Made by a program: the position numbers and the translations under genes. Shown here in pieces: positions 23,120 through 34,767 of a stretch of 64,000 nt of DNA. Numbering within the stretch: position 1 is the first letter of the stretch; the number at the start of each line of letters is the position of its first letter. The stretch is from Octopus bimaculoides (taxonomy: Eukaryota). Location: positions 3,720,332 to 3,784,331 of the forward strand of contig NC_068994.1 in the NCBI RefSeq assembly GCF_001194135.2. Direction: 5' to 3'. Below the pieces are notes generated by a model that saw only the letters and a program-made list of their open reading frames with translations, did not search any database and was not told where the DNA came from.

Positions 23120-23393
23120 CTGTGATTTGTTACAGTTGTGCATTGTGTCCTTGAGCAAGACACTTCATCTCATGCTGCTCCATTCCACTCAGCAGGCAAA
23201 AGTGCATTGTACTTGTAATTCAAAGGGTCAGTCATGTCACATCCTGTGTTATGCTGGATCTCCCCAAGAACTACGTTAAGGGTACACGTGTCTGTGGAGT
23301 GCTCAGCCACTTGCTCATTAATTTCACAAGCAGGCTGTTCTGTTGATCGGATCAACTGGAACATTTGTCGTTGTAATCGACAGAGAGCCAGTT
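23120..23393 (+). mobile_element. tRNA-derived SINE family D (head truncated)
   Basis: gtgtccttgagcaagacactt...agaactacgttaagggtacacgtgtctgtgga matches 49245-49560. Confidence 0.8.
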
Positions 23394-23856
23394 TAAATAA
23401 TTCAAAATAGTTAAGCAACACATGTTATGGACAGAAACAGCCTTTTCTTCCCTGACCTACTGGGGTAGCCAGTAGGAATTTGAACTCAGAACGTAGCGAC
23501 AGACATTTCATCGGGTGTGCTAACGATTCTGCCAAGTCGTTACCCCTACAGAATATATTGAAGAATGTGTTGCACATTCATGTGTGAATAAGCATTTGTT
23601 AACACAAACTACAAGAGTGTAGAACATATTGGTGCCATGGGATGTCGCAACAACCCTCAGTCTGGAACTTGGTCAGAATGCTTGCATCCGGGCAAACTTC
23701 CCTGCAGGTTCCCCCATCCCAGGAGATGATATTAAACTGTGTGGTGTGCTGTGTCTACACCCTCACCCCAATAAATATGAGTATAGTTGACAAAGCAATA
23801 AATTACAAACAGCAGGATAAGTGTAGCTGTGAGTGTATGAGTGAGAAGTCCACTTT

Positions 23857-23975
23857 GCAACCATGTGGTTTCTGGTTCAGTCCCACGGTGAGGTACCTTC
23901 AGCAAGTGTCTTCTACTATAACCCTAGGCTGACCAAAGACTTGTAAGTGGTGGATGGAAACTGAAAGAAGCCCAC
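23857..23975 (+). mobile_element. SINE family A, 5' part
   Basis: caaccatgtggtttctggttcagtcccac..caagtgtcttctactata..ggaaactgaaagaagccc. Confidence 0.75.
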
Positions 23976-24459
23976 TGTATATATATATATATACACACGT
24001 GTGTGTGTGTAAATTTCAATGAAACTCATTACCTTCACTCAACCAGAAGAAGTCCATTGTGCATGTGTGTGGGGGGGTGCACACGTGTGTGTGTGTGTGC
24101 ACACATGTATATGAATGTGTGTGTGTGTGTGTGTGTTTTCCTTGCATTTGCTGGTCTGTAAACAATAGCTTCTGGCCAGTTGGCTTATAGTCCAGCACAA
24201 AAGGATATCTTGTCTTTCTGATATGTCTTGACATGTTGTTTCATCTTTGTAAAACAAAAGGGGAAATTGTGCAGTAGAAGATGGTGGTGGCGACAGTGAT
24301 GGTGGTGGAGGAGAGTAACAGTTTGTACCACCCAGGCCAAATGGTATGCTTAGCCATGCCTTGCAGACATGATTGCAAAGACATTACCATGGAGAAAGGC
24401 CAACAACACTAGCTGCAACAGCCACCCCACCTTAGCGGCCTCGTTTCTCAGACAAGCTG

Positions 24460-24640
24460 TAATTACAGTTCTATATTTAAGAGATGAGGAATTATTTACG
24501 TTATTTACATTTGATGGATATTTGTCCTCATCTTGTTTCTTGTTAACACAACATTTCAGCTGATTTTCGAGAATTTACAAAAAAATAAAAGACGAAGACG
24601 GGTGTGTAAACAACAAACAGATGTATTAGTTTAATGCTCG
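24460..24640. mobile_element. Fused Penelope-like terminal fragments (a family also seen at 55459, plus family E)
   Basis: cagttctatatttaagagatgaggaatt..tttgtcctcatcttgt is shared with 55459-55530; followed by the family E block aaaagacgaagacgggtg. Confidence 0.5.
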
Positions 24641-24654
24641 CCTTTAGTTGAACA

Positions 24655-24962
24655 AATTGACCCTGGGGCTTATTCTTTGTAAGTCTAGTACTTATTCTAT
24701 CGATCCTTTTGCCGAACCACTAAGTTACAGGGACGTAAACACACCAACATTGGTTGTTAAGCGATGGTGGGTGGGGGGGACAAACACAGACACACAAACA
24801 CATGTTGGGCTTCTTTCAGTTTCCGTTTACCAAATCTACTCACAAGGCTTTGGTCGGCCCGAGGCTATAGTGGAAGACACTTGCCCAAGGTGCCATGCAG
24901 CGGGACTGAACCCCAAAACCATGTGGTTGGCAAGCAAGCTTCTTACCACACAACCATGCCTG
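24655..24962 (-). mobile_element. SINE family A, nearly full length
   Basis: Both the head (aagcaagcttcttaccacacaaccatgcc) and the 3' body are present. Confidence 0.85.
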
Positions 24963-24994
24963 CACCTATATATATAAGTGTGTGTGTGTGTGTG

Positions 24995-25140
24995 TGTGTG
25001 TGTTTGTCCCCCCCACCATCAGTTTGGCAAAGGAGACTGACAGACTTTAAGAGCAAGTCCTGGGGTCCATTCATTGACTCAAAATTCCTCAAGCAGTGCC
25101 CCAGCATGGCCACAGTCTAATAACTGAGACAAGTTAAAGG
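24995..25140 (+). mobile_element. SINE family A, 3' fragment in opposite orientation to the adjacent copy
   Basis: gtttgtcccccccaccatc..cctggggtcc..ccagcatggccacagtc. Confidence 0.7.
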
Positions 25141-26210
25141 TATAATAAATAACATGTGGTGGTGTGCCACACTCCCCATGCAGTGGTGTCCCGCACTCCT
25201 ACAACAACAACAACAACAACACATACAATGTTTTATGTTTTTATTCTTTTATATATTTTACACAAAGGCTCATTATATTTTTTCCCCTTTTTTTTAGTTA
25301 TTAATTAATTAATTAATTAATTGTTTTCCTTCTGTTTGTTAAATGATTAAAAAAAGTCAAAATACTTGAAATTACAATNNNNNNNNNNTTTTTTTAGTTA
25401 TTAATTAATTAATTAATTAATTGTTTTCCTTCTGTTTGTTAAATGATTAAAAAAAGTCAAAATACTTGAAATTACAATTCACAGTTTCAGAGAGGAGGAA
25501 GAGGCAGGGTGGGAAAGAGCGAGGGGGGAGGAAAAAAAAAACAAAACAAAATAAAACAAAAAAAATAACATTAAAAAAAGCTAAAAAATTAAAAATATGA
25601 GAGTTTGTTAAAGGTGGGATGTGGTGGCGTTCATCTGTTTTACAATGGGTGGAAAGAAGAGAGAATTAACAATGGATGTAAAACTAAAAAAAAAAACTGA
25701 AAAAAAGTAACAAAAAACATACAGAATAAACAAAAGAAGCTGTCTCCCCACCCCAGCCCCTTGCCACCAACAAGTTGATCAAAACTCCTGAAAGATTTGT
25801 AGGGATATCATGAACCTACACCTTAACCCAGTGCACCATGGGGTAAGGAGCCGGAAGAGGAGGGGAAAGGGGGGACCAGCATGAATTATAATTAATGGTA
25901 TTAAAAAAAAAATTAAAATAGCAATAACAATAATAATAATAATAATAATAATGTTTGTTTTGTTGTTGTTTTATAGGTAGGTTATGAGGGGTGGGGTGGG
26001 GAGAATGTGTGGTAGTGGTGGTGGCTTGTAACAAGAGAACCATGGTAAGGAAGATATTTTTTAAAAAAACAGATAAAAAGAAATGACAGTACAGAAATGA
26101 CACGATTATTATTATTATTATTGTTATTCTTCTTTTTATTATTATTATTATTATTATAGTGAGGAGAGTCTGAACAAAGATATGTGAATTATGATGAAAC
26201 AGACAGTGTG

Positions 26211-26425
26211 TGATGGGAGGAGGAGCATTTGTAATGGAGGAGGAGCATTTGTAAATGGGAGGAGGGGCATGTATGATGGGAGGAGGAGCATGTATGATGG
26301 GAGGAAGGCCATGTATGGGAGGAGGGGCATGTGATGAGAGGAGGGGAATGTGATGGTAGGAGGGACGTGAGATAGAAGGAGGAAGATGTGTAATGGAAGG
26401 GGCGCGTGATGGGAGGGGCATATGT
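26211..26425. repeat. Degenerate purine-rich minisatellite (~20-22-bp unit, (t)gatgggaggagg(a/g)gcat)
   Basis: About 10 diverged units directly visible. Confidence 0.75.
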
Positions 26426-27338
26426 GACCTTCAGCACCACCACCACCAGCTGCCATCTCCATAACAACTGCTAAAAACCACTGCCCTTTCTCCCACCTAG
26501 TTTTCCTTCATCTAAACCAACTTTTATAGATGGACAGGAGCAGGGATGGAGATGAGGGCAGGACATTTAAAGAGATTAGGGGCACAGAGCCATCGATTGA
26601 ACTAAACAAAAGAATACAATGTACCGTTTTTAGAGTTGAGAGTCAGGAGTGATGCACCATGCACATGTATAAGCCCCAAAGCCACATGGTCAGAGATGTG
26701 AAGAATGAATTAAAAAATAAAGTGACTTTTTGTTTAATAGAATATTTGTTGAGCCCCTAAAGTCGACCCTAATTCAGCAGGAACCTATGACCAAATGTGA
26801 TCCAGTTGTGAATATATTTTAGGCATTGTATACCCTGGACTACATTATCCAATGCGACTGCTGTATCTAGCATGTCAAGTGACCACATAGAGGCACCCTT
26901 GCTGGCTTGTATATTTTATATTGATGTTGATAATGATGTTGCTACACTTTGGGTTATTTGGCACAAATGACATCCTAGCTTTGGACTAAATATTGTTCTG
27001 TCAGCCTAACTTTAGTGCCTCACATTCTGTGATCAAATGCAGCTAATACAGACTCAATTTTGTGTCCCATCCAGATCAATAAACAATCACCAGAAGAACT
27101 ATACTGGTTCTTGACTCAACTAATTTTCACACCTCCTCCTCTTCCTTCTCTGCCCCTTAATTTCTCCCTTGCTGTTACAAAAAAAAAAAAAACCTTCTAG
27201 ACTAAGATCTCAGATGAAAAAAAAAAAGCAAAAGACACTTAGAGTTGTTCTAAAGTAATGGTGGGTGAACCTTATGAACCTTTCTGATACCAAACAGCCT
27301 GGGACCAACCCCTAATTCTAAGATAAAAATTTCCTAAT

Positions 27339-27558
27339 TTAACCTTTTAGCATTCAGACTGGCTGTACCTGGCCAAAATATTCCCTCTGCTTTATGTTCA
27401 AACTGGCGAGATCCAGCCCCTCACACCTTATAATGTCATCCTAAAAATAAACAATCATATCTTTGAAATCTTGAAGCTACAAGACATGATTAATTCAAAA
27501 CAATGTGAATAAATAAGCCATCATATTTGACAGAGAAATCAGGAAACAAAAGGGTTAA
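27339..27558. mobile_element. TTAA-flanked MITE family F, complete
   Basis: TTAAccttttagc...caaaagggTTAA. Confidence 0.75.
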
Positions 27559-27710
27559 AATGAAGTTAAAACCATCCGTCAAAATCTCATGTTAATTTCT
27601 GTTCCAAACACCAGCTTAATAACTGACCGAGTTATTTCACTAAATTCTTCGTTATTTGCAAAATCAATTGAAACAAACACTACAAACTTCAAAAGAAACA
27701 ACAAAACAGT

Positions 27711-27996
27711 TTAACCCATTACCTACCAGTGATCTCATATGAGATCACTTAAAAATTACAAATTTCGTAATTATCTGTCAATATTTACACATATCTAACC
27801 TTTTTGCTATACCTACTAGGTATATTTCTCTGATATTCAAATGAGGTTTGCTAATTTTTCACCCAATATCTCGCTTATTTCTATTTAAAATGTTATTTTG
27901 ATCATTCCAGCGTGTTTCTAAGGCTATTTTATGCTAGAAATCAAAATTTAAAAAAAAAAATTCCAGTTAATAGAATTATGGGAGGTAATGGGTTAA
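27711..27996. mobile_element. piggyBac-like MITE with TTAA target site and ~19-bp TIRs
   Basis: Left TTAACCCATTTACCTACCA versus reverse-complemented right TTAACCCATTACCTCCCA. Confidence 0.8.
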
Positions 27997-29117
27997 GTGA
28001 TCTAAATTAAAACCTTCCTTCCAAATTTTGTGTTAATCAATGTTCTAATTGCTAGTTTAATAATGACAAAATTATTTTACTAAATCCGTCATCATTTTCA
28101 AATTCAATTGAGAGAAAGGTGGAGGCAGTGTGTTTTCAACAGAGCAAGGTAAACAAAACATTTAGGAAGAACAATCCACATGACTCCCACTCCTGATGTT
28201 TCCTGTCTGTATGAACATCTATTGTAGAGATACTTCAGTCAGATGTGTTTGTAGTTAGGGAGTTGCCATGTCCTAATTGTCAGGCATGTTAATTCAAATT
28301 TTAGAATTTAGATCATGAAGTCGTAGAAGAGGGTGGTAGGGGATTTGTTGAGGTAAAGTATTTGGCTGTTGTATTTAGCAAATCAAATATCTACTTAGAA
28401 GCTTCTTCAATGATTGATTAAAATAACGAGATGGGGTAGGGGAGACGGATGATTAGGGTGGCAAGATGATGATGACTGAGCTAAGGATAACGATAGGATG
28501 CTGATGGTGGGGGTGGGGATGATAACGATGATGGCAATAACCACAACAACAACAATGGCAAAGATATTGTGATGGTGGTGGCGGTGGGGGTGGGGATGAC
28601 TTGGCCATTAAAGGAGGTAGTGGCAGTGATGATATGTGGATGATGATGATGATGATGACAATAAAGAGAACTGACTGACCTCACCGAGTGCAGCTGGGTC
28701 AGCCTAGCAACTGCTCCCCCACCCTACATCGAACCCTTAGATCCTTCCTCCTTACAACCTACAACTAACTGGTTGTTACCATGTAGTGACCACCACATAA
28801 GACACATAACAGGGAGGTCACACTGGACTTCAGTGAAGAGGGTGAGGTGGGATAAGAGTGGAAAAAGGAAAGAGGGACACCTGCAGCAACCCCAGGTGTT
28901 AGTAATGAGCAGGATGAAGGGGTCCATGAATAATGATGACGATGATGATGATAGCGATGATGATAGTAGTGGTGGTGGTGGTGATGGGTATAACAATGGT
29001 GACAAACATGACAACAACAACAACAACAACAAAGGCTATACAAAGATGAAGAGAGGGAGAGAGAAAGAGTAACAAGGGATTAATAAAGTGACCGAGGGGA
29101 CAACGGCCCTTATCCTG

Positions 29118-31389
29118 CTATTTCGTGGAGTTTGGGTCAATGGCGTGGCTCTTTGATGACGTGCTCATGTCTTGAATGCTGGGCCAAGAGTTCTGTTTGT
29201 GCTTCATGCTGCCTGGGAACGTGTTGGGCATGTTGGGCCATCCGCTGCCGGACATATGGGTGACGGGGAATCCTCTGGCCCACAGGTAGTTGTTCTCCCA
29301 GCTCTGTGGCATCTCGTGCAGGTATGCAGATGTCATCCAGGAAGTGGTCACTGCCGGCGTCTGCAACCTGACGGCGCTCGGGTGGNNNNNNNNNNNNNNN
29401 NNNNNNNNNNNNNNNNNNNNNNNNNNNNNNNNNNNNNNNNNNNNNNNNNNNNNNNNNNNNNNNNNNNNNNNNNNNNNNNNNNNNNNNNNNNNNNNNNNNN
29501 NNNNNNNNNNNNNNNNNNNNGGTGCCGTTCATTGCAACACCGTCCGGACTGAGCAGGTTCGGGTCCATCCCATTGTTCTTTAGGCCGGGGGGCGTCTTTT
29601 GGGAATCCGATGTAGACAGATGCAGCGGGTCCTGTTTACTGTTGCCATGGCAACTGCTCCTGTTGTTGTTGTTGTTGTTGTTCGTAGCAGCACCACTGTC
29701 CGAGGGGGTACCAGCAGTGGAGCCGTCGTTACCATTGAACGACGACGGCGTAGAAGACGGTGGCGTTTTGATGTGGCCGGAATCCTTGATCCTTGCAGCT
29801 GCGGCCGCTGCTGCCGCCGCCGCCGCTGCTGCTGCCGAGGCCTGGGCAGACATGCCGGGAACTAAGGTCAACGGGGTCACTGAATTCGAAGAGGATGTCT
29901 GTGAGGACAGAGACATAGAAGTTGGTGGGTTTTTCGTGAAGAGTTCACATCCAGTGCGAGTGCGTTTATGGTTATTCAGGTTGGCCCTTTGTGAGAAGCT
30001 TTTCCCACACACGTCACACTGGTACGGTTTCTCGCCAGTGTGGACCCTAAGATGAGTTTTCAGGTTGCCACGTTGTGCAAACGTCTTGTTGCACACGGTG
30101 CAATAGTAAGGTTTCTCGCCCGTGTGCACTCGTTCGTGGTTGCGGAGACCGATTTCCAAGCTGAACGCTTTCGAACACATCGAACACTTGAAGAGGTCGC
30201 CAGTGTGTGTCCGCCTGTGGTTGTTTAAATTGGTTCTTTGAGAGAAACACTTGCCACAGAGGTCGCAAGAATATGGTTTGACACCTGTGTGTGTTCGCAT
30301 GTGGATGTTAAGGTTGCCCAGCTGACTGAACGCCTTCACGCACACGGAACAACTGTACGGTTTGTCACCCGTGTGAATCCGTTCATGGTTTTTGAGAGCA
30401 GTCTGCTGTGAAAAGTCCCGTCCACAAAACGAACACTTGTAAGGTTTCTCTCCAGTATGAATGCGTTCGTGACTCCTCAGGTTAATCTGCAGGCTAAACG
30501 CTTTCCCACAAAACGCGCACTTGAACATGTCCCCAGTGTGTATACGCCTATGGTTATCCAAGTTCGTCCTCTGGGAGAACCGTTTCCCACAAGTTTCGCA
30601 CTCGTAAGGTTTTTCCCCGGTGTGTGTTCTGAGATGAATGTTGAGGTTTGCATGCTGGGTAAAAGCTTTCTCACATATCGTGCATTTAAATGGCCTTTCC
30701 CCCGAGTGAGTCCTTAAGTGTGTGCTCAAATTACCAAGTTGAGTGAAGCTTTTTTTACAAATAGTACAACTGAAAGGCTTTTCGCCTGAGTGAGTTCTTT
30801 CATGGTTCCGCAGGGCTGCTTTCTGAGCGAAAGCTCTGCCACATGTTGCACAGCAGAACGGTTTTTCAGCCGTGTGCGTCAGTTCGTGTGTTTTCAAATT
30901 GATCTGCTGTGTGAAGCCCTTCTTGCAGAACGTACAATAGTACTGTTTGTTGTTGTTGTTGTTGTTGTTGTTGCTACTGTTGTTGCTGTTGTTGTTGTTG
31001 TTGCCAGTGCCGCCACCACAAGTTCCTCCTCCACCTCCGCCACCAGCACCACCACCACCGCCAGCACCACCGTCATTGTTGCCGTTGCCGCTACCCATGT
31101 TTCCAGTATTGCCTCCAGGTGGGGCCACCAGTGGCCTCATTGACTGTGTCATGTGACTACTACTGTCGTGCATGTGGTCTGGGCTGCTCAGGCCAGGGGA
31201 GAAATCCTTACGGTACGAGTCTGGCATCTGGGAGTGTTGCTTGCCAACGGAACCGAAAGACTTCTCAGACAGAAGAAGGCCCTTCTCGTGGCATTTTGAG
31301 AAATGTTCATTAGGGTAGAAGCTCGTGGGCTGGCTGTAAATGTTGGGCTGATGGTTGCCCATGGCGTACATAAACTGTGCGGGATACAT
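29118..31389 (-). CDS. C2H2 zinc-finger protein ZF-B, 11 intact fingers plus 1 degenerate, poly-Gly/Asn/Ala tracts; C-terminus crosses an N gap (29386-29520)
   Basis: The first in-frame ATG is at 31389 (CACCATG); the track start at 31431 is a TTG just downstream of an in-frame TGA. Tandem fingers with TGEKP-type linkers. After the gap, the frame ending in TAG at 29118 is preferred over the track's frame ending at 29137 (see findings). Confidence 0.93.
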
Positions 31390-31446
31390 GGTGAATGGCG
31401 AATGTGCTGAGACACTAAATTCAACACCCAAATCTTTTGGATTTCA

Positions 31447-31462
31447 CTTGGAGAAGAAAGAC
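31447..31462 (-). promoter_or_regulatory. Possible proximal splice acceptor for the ZF-B coding exon
   Basis: Minus strand CTTTCTTCTCCAAG|TGAAATCC, 57 nt before the ATG. Confidence 0.4.
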
Positions 31463-31831
31463 GACACAGATAAACTTCCGACTTAGGGAAGAGGGCTAAA
31501 TTTTTTTAGGGGTTTTAAAAAGATTTTTTGGTTATTTCTTTCTTGTTTTGTTTTTTCAGTTAAAAAAAAAAGTGTTTTCCTTGTTGTCAATGTCAGACCA
31601 GGGAGCAAAACTTAATGTTTTTGTCACTTGCCAGGGCTGTCATATAGCTGTAGATAGCTTCCTCCAAATGTGTACATCTTGTCTGATGATGATGATGATG
31701 TTGGTGATGGCAGCAATAGCAACAACAACTTTCACCATTCTTTGTTCAAAATGTCTGGAAGAGCTTTCCAGAAACTCTGTTGTAATGATTTTTTCGACAT
31801 TCAGACCTCAGGATCACAGCTGGAGTCATCC

Positions 31832-31852
31832 CTAAAATAGAAAAAAGAAATT
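31832..31852 (-). promoter_or_regulatory. Strong predicted splice acceptor (ZF-B 5' UTR)
   Basis: Minus strand TTTCTTTTTTCTATTTTAG|GGATG. Confidence 0.55.
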
Positions 31853-31967
31853 TTAATTTATAAATAAACAATTATATCACAAATAACAACACTTTATTCA
31901 ATTAATTTTCTTAATTTCTCTTTATTATTATTTATTACGGAAGGCAGACGTTAAATGATGACAATAG

Positions 31968-32640
31968 AAGAGGCAAGCTGGCAGAACCGTTAGCACGCTG
32001 GACGAGATGCGAAGGGGTATTTTGTCCGGTGCTACATTCTGAGTTCAAATTCCGCCGAGGTCGACTTTGCCTTTATTCTTTCAGGGTCAATAAATTAAGT
32101 ACCCGGGAAACACTGAGGTCAGTGTAATCAACTAGTCCCCTTCCAACAAATTTCAAGCCTTGTGCCTTTAATAGAAATTATTATTATTATTATTATTATT
32201 AAGGTGGCAATAGCTCGAAGATGCGGTCGAGCCCTGCATGAAATAACATGCAAAATTTAGTTATGTCCCTTTACATTCTGAGTTCAAATCCTGCTGATGC
32301 CAAGTTGGCTTTCATCTTACTGACATCAATAGAATACATAATACAGTCAAATCTCGCAACCGATGTAAACCCCTACTTGATAATCCCACCCTTAAAACAT
32401 ATCCCCTTGAGCCTTTCAAACAAACGATTATCGGTGGGAGCCAGAACAAACAGTCGTGACAGACTGGCAAGTTCAGTTATCTCCCCTTACGTTCTTGGTT
32501 CAAATCTCACAAAGGTTAATACTCGCCCCTCGATGCAGAAATACGAATTAAGTAGTTGATTTGATTTAATTACTATAAACTCCCACAACTTGGTCGAGCG
32601 TGTTGTGTTGCTTAATACCGTACTAAATTCTGGTGCCTCA
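31968..32640 (+). mobile_element. Head-to-tail array of three SINE family B copies (second and third more degraded)
   Basis: gagttcaaattccgccgaggtcgactttgcc at ~32040, gagttcaaatcctgctgatgcc at ~32280, ggttcaaatctcacaaaggtt at ~32500; (TTA)n between the first and second. Confidence 0.75.
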
Positions 32641-32695
32641 ACTTAAGTACCATATTCACTTGAATCTAAATTTTTGCTGAACTCATCTACCATAC

Positions 32696-32754
<59 letters not shown>

Positions 32755-34090
32755 TACATAGATACACATGCATATGTGTATACATACAAATATTTACAAC
32801 ACAGACATGTGTGTATACATCTATCTATCTATTTATTTATATGGATAGATACGCTCACAAGCATGTATATGTATACACCCCGATACAAGTTGCTTATTCC
32901 TTCACCACCCCACATCCATTCTCTCCACCTCCAACCCACTCATAACCTCTCACTATCTACCATACGCCCCCCCCCATACACACAGACCCATTTATACGAT
33001 ATAGACAGGCGGTCACCCCGTCCAGTCTCTTCCCCGTCACTGTTTTCCCTCCATTACCTTAACTGTTTAGTCTCGGCTGTCTAACAGAAACGTTTCATGT
33101 GGTTGGACATTAAATAAAAGTAGTCTCTAGGAAAAACGGCCGAGTAAACTTGTTGCCTTTATTCGATACGTTCAAGTTCTCTCTCTCTCTCTCTCTCTCT
33201 CTTCATCACACACACACACACACATACATACACGCACAGAGAAGTAGAGAGTGAGACGTACATAGATAACACACATACATACTTCAAATGACACATAAAC
33301 AGCCAGATCGTCAGATAGATGGACAGATAGAGCACGAAAAGGAGAGAGAAAGAGATAGACAGGGAAAGATACTCAAATAAAGACATTGTCTATATACGAT
33401 AACATATGTGTGTTTGTGTGTGTGTGTATACACACAGATGAAAGGTGTTCTGAAGTAGCCAAGGTTGGAACACACATTGCTCAGTGAATCCCTTAATGTG
33501 AAAGGAATTAAGGTGGTACAAGGGAGCTTTATACTTTTCTGGAGGATACTAGGAGCAGCAAGTAGGGAGGGTGAATTGAAATGGGTTTCAAGTAGCAACT
33601 GAAAAAATGTTACAGCTTCGGTTAGCAAAAGAGGAGGGTAATCCCTCACCACCACCACAACCACCACCGGGTATTTGTCACTGAACAAGAGTTAAATGTT
33701 TTGAGGCTGAGAGATAAAACACTTCCCTTGTAGAGAGAGAAGTTGCAGAGAATGGTCTCATGTGTCTGTCCTGACACAGCAGACCTATGGTGAATGACAT
33801 TACGGCCTTGACCATCTGTCTTTTATTCTGCTACAGTGTATCTAGGACTACACCAACCGATGTGTACTTAAAAAGAAAAAAACATTGTAGAATGTGAGTC
33901 GTAGCTTAGAGGGATCCAGTTGTTCTAGCAGCTAGAGCGACCGTGTCAAGGTCTGGGCTCAACAGATACTATCTATTGAAAATGTATTACAATCCTTGAT
34001 ACATCACAGTCTTCGGGTGCATACGTCCACCTCATCAGAGGTACATCCACGCAACTTTAACGAGGAGATGAGTCATATATATATATATAC

Positions 34091-34299
34091 AAAATTGTCT
34101 TCAGGTCGAATAGCCCATCCCACTCAAAGAGGACCTGAATAAGGGTTGTTTAAGGATGTTGAACGAAACACCTATATTTCTAGAGGTGAATTATCCAAAC
34201 CCCAAAGAATTCCTATCAACACCTGGCTATGATGCTCCCCCACTACTTCTGCTCGTGATCAGAGAGGCACATATCATCAGCCACCAAGGGACATGCTCA
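34091..34299 (-). mobile_element. Probable SINE-like interspersed repeat
   Basis: Bounded by (TA)n; composition and block structure are repeat-like; no second copy in this window to confirm. Confidence 0.35.
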
Positions 34300-34404
34300 G
34301 GTTTGACTATTTCTTATTGAAAAACCACACAGACGATTTGTTTATAGTGATCAAATGTTTGTGTACACATAAGCTCGCTCCCTCCATCAAATCAACATTA
34401 CTTG

Positions 34405-34562
34405 TTCAGGTGCAATGGGGTGCCACATGCCAGATGCCAAAGTGATAGCAAAGCAACGTGAAATGAAGCGTTTTGCTCAAGAACACAACGCAACGTCCGA
34501 TCAGGGAATCGAACTCACAATCTCGCAATTGTGAGTACAACAACTTAACCACTGAGCCATGT
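34405..34562 (-). mobile_element. tRNA-derived SINE family D, head region
   Basis: Minus strand TGGCTCAGTGG (A box) and GAGTTCGATTCC (B box), followed by gtgttcttgagcaaaacgctt. Confidence 0.8.
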
Positions 34563-34587
34563 GTGTGTGTGTGTGTGTATGTATGTG

Positions 34588-34635
<48 letters not shown>

Positions 34636-34767
34636 CACACACACACACCGGAGTAAGCACATAAACTGTGCAACAAGGTGGGAAAAAGAGTACTCAAATA
34701 CCAGAGGTAGCAGCAGAAATATAATATAAATATATTTCTGCTGCTTTTAAATAAAGTATATATATAT

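Noticed and set aside
25285-25478. Exact ~90-bp direct duplication on either side of a 10-N gap
   Set aside because: Typical unmerged contig overlap; treated as an assembly artefact.
29137-29385. ORF-track C-terminus of ZF-B ([11 protein letters not shown]...)
   Set aside because: The frame depends on an estimated gap length; the alternative frame ending at 29118 carries the NNYLW motif shared with ZF-A.
31390-31431. ORF-track N-terminal extension [14 protein letters not shown]
   Set aside because: Starts at TTG just after an in-frame TGA; the first ATG with good context is at 31389.
33085-33100. GAAACGTTTC palindrome resembling a Penelope hammerhead helix III
   Set aside because: No CUGANGA-like core on either strand; surrounding sequence may be Penelope-derived but I cannot support that.
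34000-34050. Minus-strand CTGATGA-GGTG-N8-CACC resembling a hammerhead
   Set aside because: Followed by CGAAG instead of GAAA, with no convincing stem I or III.
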